From an uncultured Solirubrobacterales bacterium (GTDB lineage: Bacteria > Actinomycetota > Thermoleophilia > Solirubrobacterales > Solirubrobacteraceae): DNA of 64,000 bases. Positions 25,456-35,402 of this stretch are shown here, piece by piece (within the stretch, counting starts at the first letter, position 1; the number at the start of each line of letters is the position of its first letter). A program made the position numbers and the translations under genes. The notes under the pieces were generated by a model, which did no database searches, was not told the origin of the DNA, and saw only the letters and a program-made list of their open reading frames with translations. The DNA lies in NCBI GenBank assembly GCA_963695325.1, contig OY968776.1:3132257-3196256 (forward strand), given 5' to 3'.

Positions 25456-26661
25456 CTAGTCGCGAGGGCCCTCGCGGAGGGCTGCGTGTCGCGCCTCGTC
25501 AATGGCCGCATCCAACTGCCACAGCCTTCGGTCGGTCATTAGATGGACTCGGACACCGGCCTCAGCGCTCGCTTGTCGGTAAACGCGGTATGCCACAACG
25601 GTGCCCCGTCGATCAGCGCAGTAAAGCTCCTCAAATGCTTGAAGGACCGTATGGGCGACGTTGTCGATGTCGTGCGTCGTCGCCTGCGCGCCGTGGATCG
25701 CAATGTCAAGCGCAAGCGGCTGGTCGAACGCGTCGGGCAGGATCTGCCATCTCGCGCGATGAGCCTCCAGCTGCTCGCGTGCGCGCTCGCGCCAGCTTAG
25801 CTCGCCAGGCTGCCTGCTGTGAAGCAGCAGCGGCGGTAGCCACATCGTGCCCGGAAGCTCATATCGCGTCCAAGGCTCAAGCGCGGGCATCCCAGCCGCC
25901 TCAAATAGCTCGTTGTCGCGAGCAGCGAGATCCGGCCCGGGCCTGTCGTCGCGGTCGGGGCGCGCACGAAGAATGAGTTTGCTCTCGAGCGCACCGATCC
26001 GTCGCTCGCGGAGGGTGCGCATGGTGCTCGCTAGCTCAGGGTGGTCGAGGCTGTAAACCCCCTCGTGGCGGGTATCTTCTCGGCGCTCCTCTAGCAAGTC
26101 GTCTAGTTCGTCGTCCCCGAAGTTCTGAGGGTCGTCGTCCTCAAAGAACGCGACCACCTCATGGTCAACATCCCCGTCCCGCTTCAGACCATCGCGCCGG
26201 GCAAACACACGGTCATAGTCGGCTATATAGAGCCGCAGCGGTGTGATGACTATCTGCACCGACGCTGACCGATCAGGCTTGTGAGACGCGCGGTGGCGGT
26301 CGGGAGCAAAGCGCCGCACGAGGAGATGTCCCAGCTGTCGATCGTCGGCGTATGCGATCCCTGTGAGCGCGTCCAGGTAACGCTTGACGCTCTTAGGTGC
26401 GCTCGGCGGCTCGCCGCCACCTGCGATGTGTATGTGCATCTCCACACTGACCTCGCCACGAAACGCCCGCCGTCGCTGCCTCTGCATAGCCGCCCGAAGT
26501 TGGCCGCGCGCTTCGTCGAGCAGCTCCTCCTGGCGTCGACGCTGAACACGGTTCGCCCCAACCCTGAGCAGCTCGGGTGTCTCGACCTGCAACCTCAGAG
26601 TCCGTCGCCACGTCGCATTGGCGTCGAGGTAGTCGTTCAGATGCGGATCACGAAATGCCAC
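25456..26661 (-). CDS. Hypothetical protein with two RusA-like (Holliday-junction resolvase fold) modules
   Basis: The N-module reads VSVEMHIHIAGG...PKSVKRYLDALTGIAYADDRQLGHLLVRR. The C-module reads LALDIAIHGAQATTHDIDNVAHTVLQAFEELY. Both resemble the RusA D-x-D-N...K...D-A-L...DD pattern. An acidic linker joins them. Confidence 0.45.
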   Translation of the reverse strand: MAFRDPHLNDYLDANATWRRTLRLQVETPELLRVGANRVQRRRQEELLDEARGQLRAAMQRQRRRAFRGEVSVEMHIHIAGGGEPPSAPKSVKRYLDALTGIAYADDRQLGHLLVRRFAPDRHRASHKPDRSASVQIVITPLRLYIADYDRVFARRDGLKRDGDVDHEVVAFFEDDDPQNFGDDELDDLLEERREDTRHEGVYSLDHPELASTMRTLRERRIGALESKLILRARPDRDDRPGPDLAARDNELFEAAGMPALEPWTRYELPGTMWLPPLLLHSRQPGELSWRERAREQLEAHRARWQILPDAFDQPLALDIAIHGAQATTHDIDNVAHTVLQAFEELYCADRRGTVVAYRVYRQASAEAGVRVHLMTDRRLWQLDAAIDEARHAALREGPRD

Positions 26662-26869
26662 GATGCGAGGCTAGTGGTGATCTGTGCGTGGAGCGCGGCT
26701 CAGACTCCGGGGAGCGCGCCGCGCGACTGTTGTGGCCTGGATGCGAGCGCGTAATCAAGGCTGCCCGCGCCGCTGGATCGGACGAGGAGGAGAAGTCGAG
26801 GCCCCTGCGCTCGTTGGCGCCCCCAAGCCTCGCCGATGCTACGATCCAGGCCAGCCGGGCACGGCTCGC

Positions 26870-26897
26870 TTGACCGGCACCGCAAGGTCGCTAATGG
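26870..26897 (+). promoter_or_regulatory. Promoter-like TTGACC-N16-TAATGG
   Basis: This is a near-consensus sigma-70-type pair in an otherwise G+C-rich 725-bp intergenic region, about 30 nt upstream of the terminator. Confidence 0.3.
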
Positions 26898-26924
26898 GAG
26901 CGGATCGTTCCCCCGCTATGCGAG

Positions 26925-26950
26925 AAAGCCCCGCTCAGGCGGGGTTTTTT
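26925..26950 (+). terminator. Canonical intrinsic terminator (GAAAGCCCCGC-TCAG-GCGGGGTTTTTT) with no upstream plus-strand gene
   Basis: A 6-7 bp G/C stem, a 4-nt loop and a T6 tract are read directly. An A-tract upstream makes it potentially bidirectional. Confidence 0.6.
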
Positions 26951-26981
26951 CGTTGGTGGACCGATGGTTGGCGGCGGCCAG

Positions 26982-26998
26982 GGTTCCAATAGGGTTCC
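26982..26998 (+). repeat. Two GGTTCC motifs 11 bp apart (CCAGGGTTCCAATAGGGTTCCGTTTG), arm-site-like
   Basis: The same motif arrangement recurs at 30909-30937. Confidence 0.35.
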
Positions 26999-27386
26999 GT
27001 TTGCCGCGCAGATGCAGCGGTCGCTCAGCCGCGAGTTCACTCACAGCACATGCCTGCACCTCCTCGACGGGACCCGGCCGATTCGTGGCGCTCGACGACT
27101 GGGTTGCCTTACGCTGCGGCGATCCGGCCGGATGAGGTGCCGAACTACGTCCCACGTGGTTGAGACGTTCGCAGCGCGGGATATTCCCGCTGCGAGCAGG
27201 ACTGCGTGGTCACCGCGGCGGCCTCCATACCCATCGCAGGACGGAGCGCAGGGCGACGCCTGACGCCGGCGGCGGGTGGAGGGAAGGGTACTTCATCGGT
27301 GTGCCTCGTCGCTGCTGCCGGCGCCTCGGGGACATCTCAGGGCGCTCATCACGCGTCAGTCGGCCGCGACCTGTAGACCTCCGGGC

Positions 27387-27860
27387 ATGCCAAAGACCGT
27401 CACCGTCACCCTCGACGGCGCCATGCTGCGCCGGGGCTTCTGGCTCTACGTCTGGGAGATCACGACGCCCGACGGCAAGGAGGTTCTGTACGTCGGGCGA
27501 ACGGGGGACAACTCATCGCCCTACGCCCAGTCGCTCTTCAACCGGCTCGGGCAGAACCTTGGGGCGCTGGCAAACGCCAGCATGGTTCGCAACAACCTTG
27601 AGAAGCGGGGCATCGATCCGGCTCGGTGTCAGTTCCGGATGGTCGGCCACGGCCCCATCTTCAACGAGGTCCCCAACAAGGACTTCGCGGCGCACAAGCC
27701 CATTCGAGACAAGGTCGGGGCGATCGAGAAGAAGCTTGCCGAGGATCTAGTGGCGGTCGGCTACGACGTGATGAACCAGGTCCGGTGGAACACGCCGCTC
27801 GACCCAGAGCTGTACGAGCCGGTACGCGCAGCCTTCGCCGCCGAGTTCCCGGCCCTGTGA
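27387..27860 (+). CDS. Hypothetical protein with GIY-YIG-like N-terminal motif
   Basis: Trimmed to ATG 27387. FWLYVWEITTPDGKEVLYVGRTGDN resembles the GIY-(10-11)-YIG spacing. Arg and Glu candidates lie downstream. Confidence 0.4.
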   Translation: MPKTVTVTLDGAMLRRGFWLYVWEITTPDGKEVLYVGRTGDNSSPYAQSLFNRLGQNLGALANASMVRNNLEKRGIDPARCQFRMVGHGPIFNEVPNKDFAAHKPIRDKVGAIEKKLAEDLVAVGYDVMNQVRWNTPLDPELYEPVRAAFAAEFPAL

Positions 27861-27879
27861 TTGGCGCACACGCTGGTTA

Positions 27880-27901
27880 CCGAGACCGCGCACGGTCTCG
27901 G
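27880..27901 (+). terminator. Perfect 9-bp hairpin CCGAGACCG-CGCA-CGGTCTCGG
   Basis: It lies 20 nt after the stop at 27860. Confidence 0.5.
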
Positions 27902-27958
27902 GCGTGGCGGAGCGGCGGTCGTGGGTGAGCCGGGAGACACTGGTCGCGAGACACCAGC

Positions 27959-28768
27959 TTGGCTCGCGTTTCTCGCTTGCTGCTCGCAGTCGAGTCCTCG
28001 AAGACCGTCCAGAACCACCTGAACTTCCTGCACGGCATCTTCTCGTTCGCGATCAAGCGGGGCTGGGCGCAGAGCAACCCGGTGGCCCACGTGGACCGCC
28101 CGAAGAAGAACCGCTCTCCGCATCAGCGCGTCCGCTTCCTACAGCCGGCCGAGCTGGACGAGTTGATCGACGCCGTGCCCGAGGACACCCTCGGCGCCGT
28201 CGAGCGGACGCTGTACCTCGCCGCCGCGCTCACCGGCCTGCGCCAGGGTGAGCTGCTGGCGCTGAAGTGGCTGGACATCGACTGGCAGGTCGGGCGTGTC
28301 CGCGTCGCCGACAACTTCACGCGCGGGCGGATGGACACCCCCAAGTCCCACGAAGGCCGCTCGGTCCCGCTGGCCGCGCGGCTCGCCCATGAGCTCGAAG
28401 CGCTGCACCAGCGCTCGCGCTACGGCGACGACGGGGACCTCGTCTTCTGCCACCCCGAAACTGGACACGTGCTTGACCCATCCAAGATGCGCAAGCGCTT
28501 CAAGGACGCCCTCGCACGCGCGGGCGTGCGCGAGATCACCTTCCACGAGCTGCGCCACACGTTCGGAACGCAGATGGCCGCGGCCGGCGCCCCGCTGCGC
28601 GCGATCCAAGAGTGGATGGGCCACGCCGACGCGAAGACCACCGAGATCTACCGCCACTACGCGCCCGACCCCACCCACGGAGCCGCGTTCGTCGACCGAG
28701 CATTCGGCGGCAGTCAAGGGCCGAGAAGCGACGCAGGCAATCGGTACGCTCCCGGGACAGATGTCTGA
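27959..28768 (+). pseudogene. Tyrosine recombinase/integrase lacking roughly the first 60-100 aa (5'-truncated)
   Basis: The catalytic region is intact by eye (LRQGELLAL, HELRHTFGTQMAAAGAPLRAIQEWMGHADAKTTEIYRHY). The ORF opens with a TTG inside the core-binding domain (SKTVQNHLNFLHGIFSFAIKRGW). The frame is closed by TGA at 27926-27928. Confidence 0.75.
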
Positions 28769-29900
28769 TCCGCCTGTTCATCGGTCGGCCAAGACTCCCG
28801 AGCCGCCGCCGCGCAGCTACGAGGAGTTCCTCGAGAACATCAAGGCGCGCATTCGCAGCGCCCAGGCGCGTGCGGCGCGGGCGATCAACGCGGAGCTCAT
28901 CGACGTGTACTGGCAGATCGGCCAAGAGATCCTGCGACGCCAGGCCGAGGAGGGGAATCGTCGCGGGCGTGGCGGCCCCAAGATCGTCGAGCGGCTGTCC
29001 ATAGACCTGCGAGCGGCGTTCCCCGGGGCACGCGGCTTCTCCGTGAGGAGCCTGCGCTACATGCGGGCCTTCGCCGCGGCATGGCCCGAGCGGGAAATGC
29101 TGCAGTCCGATATTGCAGCATTGCCCTGGGCTCACATCACGCTGCTACTCGACAAGCTCTCCGACCGGACTACGCGCGACTGGTATGCAGCCCGTGCGTC
29201 GGGCTGGACCGGGGCCGAGCTGGAACACCATATCGCCAGCCGCTTGCACGAGCGGCAAGCAGCGGCGATCACCAACTTCGATCGCGCACTACCGACCGGT
29301 GACGCTGAGGTCGTGCAGCGGATCACGCGCGATCCCGTGGTCTTGGACTTCGTGCGTCTGACTGAAGGCGCCAAGGAGCGCGACTTGGAAGCGGCGTTGC
29401 TGACCGACATCGAACGCTTCATGCTCGCTCTCGGCGAGGGCTTCTACTTCGCCGGACGCCAGAAGTCGCTCCAGATCGGCGAAGAGGAGTTCATCCTCGA
29501 CCTCCTCTTCTACCACCATCCGACCCGCCGCTTCGTGGTCATCGACCTCAAGATTGGCCCCTTCCGCGCGGAGTTCGCCGGCAAGATGAACCTCTACGTC
29601 AATGCCGTCAACGAGCTCATCGCCCACGACGAGGATCGCGCAACGGTCGGCTTCATCCTCTGCACTGACCGAGACGAGGCGGTCGCCCACCTGACGCTCC
29701 AGGGCATCGTTACGCCGATCGCCGTCACGCGCTACACCGTTGGCGAGCGCGGCGTGCTGATGACCGGTGAGGAGGCCCAAATCACGGAGGGCATCGAGGA
29801 AGAGATGGAGGGTATGCGGCGCGTGGAGCAGCAGGTCGCCCAGTTTGCCGCCCGTCGGGCGCGCGAGCTCGCGGAGGGCGAGGAGAACGCTGGACAGTAG
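28761..29900 (+). CDS. DUF1016/YhcG-family PDDEXK nuclease-like protein
   Basis: Trimmed to ATG 28761. The start overlaps the integrase stop as ATGTCTGA. ELIDVYWQIGQEI, LPWAHITLLLDKL and EFILDLLFYHHPTRRFVVIDLKIGPFRAEFAGKMNLYVN (D...ExK-like core) are typical of YhcG-like proteins. Confidence 0.75.
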   Translation: MSDPPVHRSAKTPEPPPRSYEEFLENIKARIRSAQARAARAINAELIDVYWQIGQEILRRQAEEGNRRGRGGPKIVERLSIDLRAAFPGARGFSVRSLRYMRAFAAAWPEREMLQSDIAALPWAHITLLLDKLSDRTTRDWYAARASGWTGAELEHHIASRLHERQAAAITNFDRALPTGDAEVVQRITRDPVVLDFVRLTEGAKERDLEAALLTDIERFMLALGEGFYFAGRQKSLQIGEEEFILDLLFYHHPTRRFVVIDLKIGPFRAEFAGKMNLYVNAVNELIAHDEDRATVGFILCTDRDEAVAHLTLQGIVTPIAVTRYTVGERGVLMTGEEAQITEGIEEEMEGMRRVEQQVAQFAARRARELAEGEENAGQ

Positions 29901-30000
29901 ATCTGAGGACCGTGCGTTGCGGGCTGGCGTTCCTATCGACCTTCGCCGCCGACGGCCGCCCTGTCGGGTGGGGTTCCGACGGGTAGGGCACACTTGAGTC

Positions 30001-30840
30001 GTGTTGGTAGGCGACCTTGGGCTCACAGATGATGCGTCGGCAGGTGCGTGGATCGGACAGCGGCTGCGCGGCGACTTCGGCGCGGTCACGCTCCAGGTGC
30101 CGAGTGGCTATGAGGCGTATGTGCGGATCTGTCATCCGGCTGTCGACCACGACGAGCACCCGGTCACCTGGCCGCAGGTCGCGAGCGCTACGGGGCGCAA
30201 TGCGCACGCGCTCATGCAGTGGCACGCGCTTGTCGGCTCGCCGGACTGGCTCAACTTCACCGGCTCACTGTGGCCAGACGCAGCGCCAGAGCGCGGAAAC
30301 CTCGCGCCCGATGTCCTGAAGCGGCTGTGCGCCGTGCTTGGCGCACACACCAGTGACGCGGCGCATTGCTTCTTCGGTTTGTGGATCGGCTGGGGCTGGG
30401 TCCACGGTGGCGGCATCCGCTTCACGTTTCGGAGTGTGGAGGGCAGCGACAGCTCGACCGCCGAGCCGCCCGAAAGTATCCCGCCGGCGTTCTCGGCGGA
30501 TGAGCTGAGTCGTCCGCTGCTGGAACTCCCCGGCCGCGAGTATCTGCTGTTCTCCGGACCCCTCTCGGCGGCAACGCAGATCGGTGACCCCCACGGCGTG
30601 CTGGGATTCGATCCGCAGTCACCGAATCTCATGTGGCCTTCTGACCGTGCATGGTTCCTCGCCAGCGAGATCGATTTCGACTCCACGCTCGTCGGGGGCA
30701 CCCGCGATCTCATCGAGTCCATCCTCGACAACTCCGGCCTCGACGCGTGGCCTGTTGGACCCGACGACTCACTCGCCTACGACGCCGACCGCATTAATCT
30801 GAGCCATCGACAGCACGAGACGACGGGTCGGGATGAGTAA
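30001..30840 (+). CDS. Hypothetical protein
   Basis: The 279-aa ORF has natural composition (YEAYVRICHPA..., FFGLWIGWGW...). I recognise no motif. Confidence 0.5.
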   Translation: MLVGDLGLTDDASAGAWIGQRLRGDFGAVTLQVPSGYEAYVRICHPAVDHDEHPVTWPQVASATGRNAHALMQWHALVGSPDWLNFTGSLWPDAAPERGNLAPDVLKRLCAVLGAHTSDAAHCFFGLWIGWGWVHGGGIRFTFRSVEGSDSSTAEPPESIPPAFSADELSRPLLELPGREYLLFSGPLSAATQIGDPHGVLGFDPQSPNLMWPSDRAWFLASEIDFDSTLVGGTRDLIESILDNSGLDAWPVGPDDSLAYDADRINLSHRQHETTGRDE

Positions 30841-30908
30841 GGCGCCGCCGAATGGCGCGCGAAGCAAACCGCCGCGCCCCCAGTGATGGCGCAAACGCTG
30901 GTCCGCCA

Positions 30909-30981
30909 GGTTCCGTCAGGGTTCCATTCAAGGTTCCGTTTTGAGCAAATTCAACCCCAGCGAACCGGACCCAACCCCAGC
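30909..30981 (+). repeat. att-arm-like direct repeats: 3x GGTTCC (30909, 30920, 30932) and 2x AACCCCAGC (30953, 30973)
   Basis: The repeats are read directly. GGTTCC spacing is 11-12 bp. They sit immediately inside the tRNA fragment. Confidence 0.5.
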
Positions 30982-31023
30982 AAACACGGGCAACCTCACC
31001 CAACCCGACCCCCCTCCGGCGAA

Positions 31024-31939
<916 letters not shown>

Positions 31940-31951
<12 letters not shown>

Positions 31952-32340
31952 ATCCCGGTGTCGTTGACCGCGAGGGTATGCGAACGCAACGGGCCTGCCG
32001 CTTGGGCGGGCGTGGTGACTCGCCGCCGGGGCTCAGCGAGCGTGCCGGCCGCGTGGATCGTGTCCACACCTTGTCGCGTGAGGAACCACAACCCGCTACC
32101 GCGCGGCCCATTCACCCGTTCGGCGAGCCCACGTTCGGTGAGCTGCGCAAGGACGAGGCGCGTCCACCGTACCGTCGTGTTGGGGGTGTGTAGCGCGTGG
32201 ACTTGACGCGCGGTGAGCAGCCGGTGTTGGTGCAGGCTCTCAAGCACTTCGACCGCGACGACGGGGAGCGCCCCAAGCTCGGACGGTGCCGGGCGGCACG
32301 CCCGAGGGCCTAACGGTCTACCCTGCGCGCCGTGGAGCAT
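31940..32340 (-). pseudogene. Replication-relaxation-family protein, N-terminal ~130 aa only
   Basis: VLESLHQHRLLTARQVHALHTPNTTVRWTRLVLAQLTERGLAERVNGPRGSGLWFLTRQGVDTI...HTLAVNDTGI is sensible. The frame then degenerates into Ser/Thr/Ala-rich nonsense exactly where the serine-recombinase frame begins. Confidence 0.5.
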
Positions 32341-32424
32341 CCCATAGCTGGCCCGCAGAGGTCCGGAGCCGCGCGCGCGTGCCGGAGAGCCTGGTGGATC
32401 GCGGTAGCATTTCTGTGACACCTG

Positions 32425-33591
32425 ATGCCCCATTCGGCACTCTACTTCCCCTACATTGAGGTCCCTGACAAGCCATCCCTCACGCGAGTGCTGCTCTATT
32501 GGGATCAGCTCGAGACGATCGCGCCGTGGGCTATCCCGGACCTAGGGGAGCGCATGGAGGATCTGATCGATTGTGGACTGGTCAAGCGCGTCGAGCCGGA
32601 AGAGCACCTGCCGCACATCGACGGGTTCGAGGATGGCTTCGTCGCGCTGCTGGATCGGGCCGAGCAGAATCGGCGGCTCGCTCATGACGGAGAGCGGGGA
32701 ACGCGGCGCAGTCGCATGGCCGACCCTACTCCGGAGCTGGTACACCGTGGCAAGGCGTGGCACGAGCCGCGGCCGGGGCCGCAGGGTTTGTCCGGGGGAT
32801 CAAGAGAGCCTCGGGAAACTCTGACGCCATCGTGGGGGTTGCCTCCCGATCGGCCAGCGCAGAGTTCGAGTCGCCTGCACCGCGACAAGGTCACGTGGGA
32901 CCTTTGGGAAGAGCTCGCCGGCCGCGGCTACGTGAAAGAGACGCATATGGATCGGGGCGACGGTGGATGGATGTTGGTCGACGAGTGGGTCGCCTCCCTC
33001 TATATGGCGTATCTTGCGCTGTCGCTTGCCCGTCGAATGGGACTGGAGCCGGTAACGGACGAAGAGCGGGCGCTCGCGGCGGTCGCCGGCGTTGACCGCC
33101 CGATGGGTCGCGTGGCTCTTGACCGTATGCGGTCGGTCGTTATCAGCAGAGTGCTACCGGCGCCGACGATCCCGATCCCGCCGGGCGATCTCGCGCGGTT
33201 TAAGGACGAGCACTGGGAGTCCCTGTGTTCGTTTCGCCTCCATGTCGAGCAGGCGATATTGAGCTGTGCTAAAGAGCCTGATCCGGACCTTCGCGATCGA
33301 TGTGTCAGGCTCGCCGCCGAGACGCTCGAACACGAGGTCATCGAGGTCGAGAACAAGATGGCGGAACACCATTGGCCTACCGGCCGCGGCATGTTCATCG
33401 CCGGGTTCGGCAGCAGCCTAGTTCCTGCGGCGAAGTTCGCCGCGACGGGTGATCCTTGGAGTCTCGGCGAAGCGCTTGCGCCGCCTGTGGCGGCAGTCGC
33501 CGGAGCCCTTCTTGGGCGTGGTCCCGCGGACGTCGAGAGCCCGGTCGCGTATGCGGCCCTGGCTCGAAGCGCATTCGCCACGCCATCTTGA
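32425..33591 (+). CDS. Hypothetical protein (N-terminus ALYFPYIEVPD...LLYWDQLETIAP)
   Basis: The 388-aa ORF has a central low-complexity Arg/Pro insert. Its ends read naturally. Any family assignment would be a guess. Confidence 0.5.
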   Translation: MPHSALYFPYIEVPDKPSLTRVLLYWDQLETIAPWAIPDLGERMEDLIDCGLVKRVEPEEHLPHIDGFEDGFVALLDRAEQNRRLAHDGERGTRRSRMADPTPELVHRGKAWHEPRPGPQGLSGGSREPRETLTPSWGLPPDRPAQSSSRLHRDKVTWDLWEELAGRGYVKETHMDRGDGGWMLVDEWVASLYMAYLALSLARRMGLEPVTDEERALAAVAGVDRPMGRVALDRMRSVVISRVLPAPTIPIPPGDLARFKDEHWESLCSFRLHVEQAILSCAKEPDPDLRDRCVRLAAETLEHEVIEVENKMAEHHWPTGRGMFIAGFGSSLVPAAKFAATGDPWSLGEALAPPVAAVAGALLGRGPADVESPVAYAALARSAFATPS

Positions 33592-34013
33592 GCACGCGCT
33601 CCATCTCGCCGCCTGACTCCAAACTACCGACTCCGAGAAACCAAAGGCAGAGCCCTCGCTAGTATTCAGGCCAGGAGGGGACGGTTTGCTCCAGCGGCCA
33701 GAGGTCGCAAATAGGATCGAATCGTTCCTGAGATTGGAGACCGTGACAGAACCTCCAGCGCGAGAACCTCCAGCGCGCCCTCATGCTCTCATCTCGTCCG
33801 ATCTGGCGGTTCGGACTCGACCGTCGCGACGCTTTCTATCGCGATGGAGAGGAGCACTCTCGCGGCTTAGTCGGACAGGACCCAGTTCCTGCCTGGATTG
33901 GGCCGCATGTAGAGTCGCGCTTCGGTGGAGGGTCAGGAGTCATGCCCGCTGCCGGATGATCCGACGCTTGCCGCGGCGGCGAGGGCCATGAACGACGCGG
34001 GCCAATGGGGCCG

Positions 34014-35402
34014 TCACGCGCTCGCCGTGTCCGTGCGGTCGCTCCGCGGGTCGCGCACTCGGGTAGAGGGTAGACGCACAGCGAACGTCGCTCCTTCGTT
34101 TGAGGCGATTGCTTCGACCTCTCCACCGGCCGCACGGGCCAGGCGACGGACGAGCGGTAGGCCGAGGCCCACGCCGGGATGGGCGCCCGCTTGCCCGTTG
34201 GTGGCGCTGAATCCCGGATCGAAGATCCGCTCGCGGTCGGTGGCATCGACGCCGGGGCCATCGTCGCGGATCTCGAAGACCACCTCCCCGTCGAGCCGGC
34301 GGATCGCCAGCATGATGCGGTGTCGCGCGTAGCGGGCCGCGTTCTCGAGCACGGGAGTCAGGATGCGCTCGACGATGTCGCCCTCGACGGCGACCCTCAC
34401 GGGGCTGGCGCACACGAGCTCCATCACCTTCCCATCTGCCGCGAGCGATTCGCGCAGGGGAGCCGAGGCGCGTTCGGCGGATGCATGTGCGTCGCTCCCG
34501 CTCGACCCGGTCGAGACCGTCGCGCGGGCGGAGGCGAGCAGCGTCTCGACCACACGCTGCAGATCCTGCGCATTGCGTCTGATCGACCGCAGGGCGGTGT
34601 GGTACTCCTCCGGGGAGCGGTCCCGGCTGGCGGCCAGCTCGGCCTCGGCGAGGATCTTGGCGAGCGGCGTGCGAAGCTCATGGGAGATCTCGGCCGTTAG
34701 CTGCTGCTCATGTCTGAGGCTCTGGGTCAGACGGGAGAGAAGGCCGTCGAACACCGAAGCCAGGGAGGTCAGCTCATCGTGCGGCTGCCCCGTGTAGAAC
34801 CGGTGGGAGAGATCGTTGGCCTCCCAATCGGCGGCCCGCGCGGCGATCCTGGCGACCGGACGCAGGGCCCTGTCGATCAGCCACAGCGAGAGCGCCGCGA
34901 CCGCGGCGAGCGCGAGCAGTCCGAGGACGATCGATCCGAGCAGCGCCGAGGAGGCGGTGCTCTCGTAAGGCGCAAGCGAGGCGGCGACGACGACGGTTCC
35001 CAGCCGCCGTCCGGCCCGCCGCGCCGGCACGGCGTACAGGCGGGTGTGGGTCGCGTTCACGCTGATGAAACCCGAGGCCGCCGCGAGCTCGCGGGCTGCC
35101 CGCTGGTTGCGCGGATCTGCGCCGGCGGGTTGCTCCAGCGTGCGTTGTCCCGCGAATATCCACGTCTGCGCGTCGATCGAGCCTTGGTCGGGGGCCTCGA
35201 TTACCGACAGGTGCCCGTCCACGGTGCCGAGCCCGCGCAGGACCGTCGCCGCGCGCTCGCGCAGCACGTTGTCCCCGTCGCTGCGCACCCGCGCATCGAG
35301 CACCAGGTTGAAGGCGACGACGAGGACGGCGAGCGTTATCGCGGCGCCTGCGACTGCGGTCGCGGTGAGGCGCGCGCGCAGGCTCATGCCGAGGAAGCTC
35401 AT
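34014..35402 (-). CDS. Sensor histidine kinase (TM-HAMP-HisKA-HATPase_c)
   Basis: The H-box is AEISHELRTPLAKI. The N and G boxes are LENAARYA, DDGPGVD and GVGLGLPLV. There are two TM segments. The start overlaps the regulator's stop as ATGA. Confidence 0.9.
   Translation of the reverse strand: MSFLGMSLRARLTATAVAGAAITLAVLVVAFNLVLDARVRSDGDNVLRERAATVLRGLGTVDGHLSVIEAPDQGSIDAQTWIFAGQRTLEQPAGADPRNQRAARELAAASGFISVNATHTRLYAVPARRAGRRLGTVVVAASLAPYESTASSALLGSIVLGLLALAAVAALSLWLIDRALRPVARIAARAADWEANDLSHRFYTGQPHDELTSLASVFDGLLSRLTQSLRHEQQLTAEISHELRTPLAKILAEAELAASRDRSPEEYHTALRSIRRNAQDLQRVVETLLASARATVSTGSSGSDAHASAERASAPLRESLAADGKVMELVCASPVRVAVEGDIVERILTPVLENAARYARHRIMLAIRRLDGEVVFEIRDDGPGVDATDRERIFDPGFSATNGQAGAHPGVGLGLPLVRRLARAAGGEVEAIASNEGATFAVRLPSTRVRDPRSDRTDTASA

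Noticed and set aside
26897-26920. T-arm/acceptor of a tRNA or tmRNA at GGGAGCGGATCGTTCCCCCGCTA
   Set aside because: The 7-nt loop CGGATCG is not a T-loop (no TTCRA). No upstream cloverleaf elements exist. I kept it only as a possible eroded att copy.
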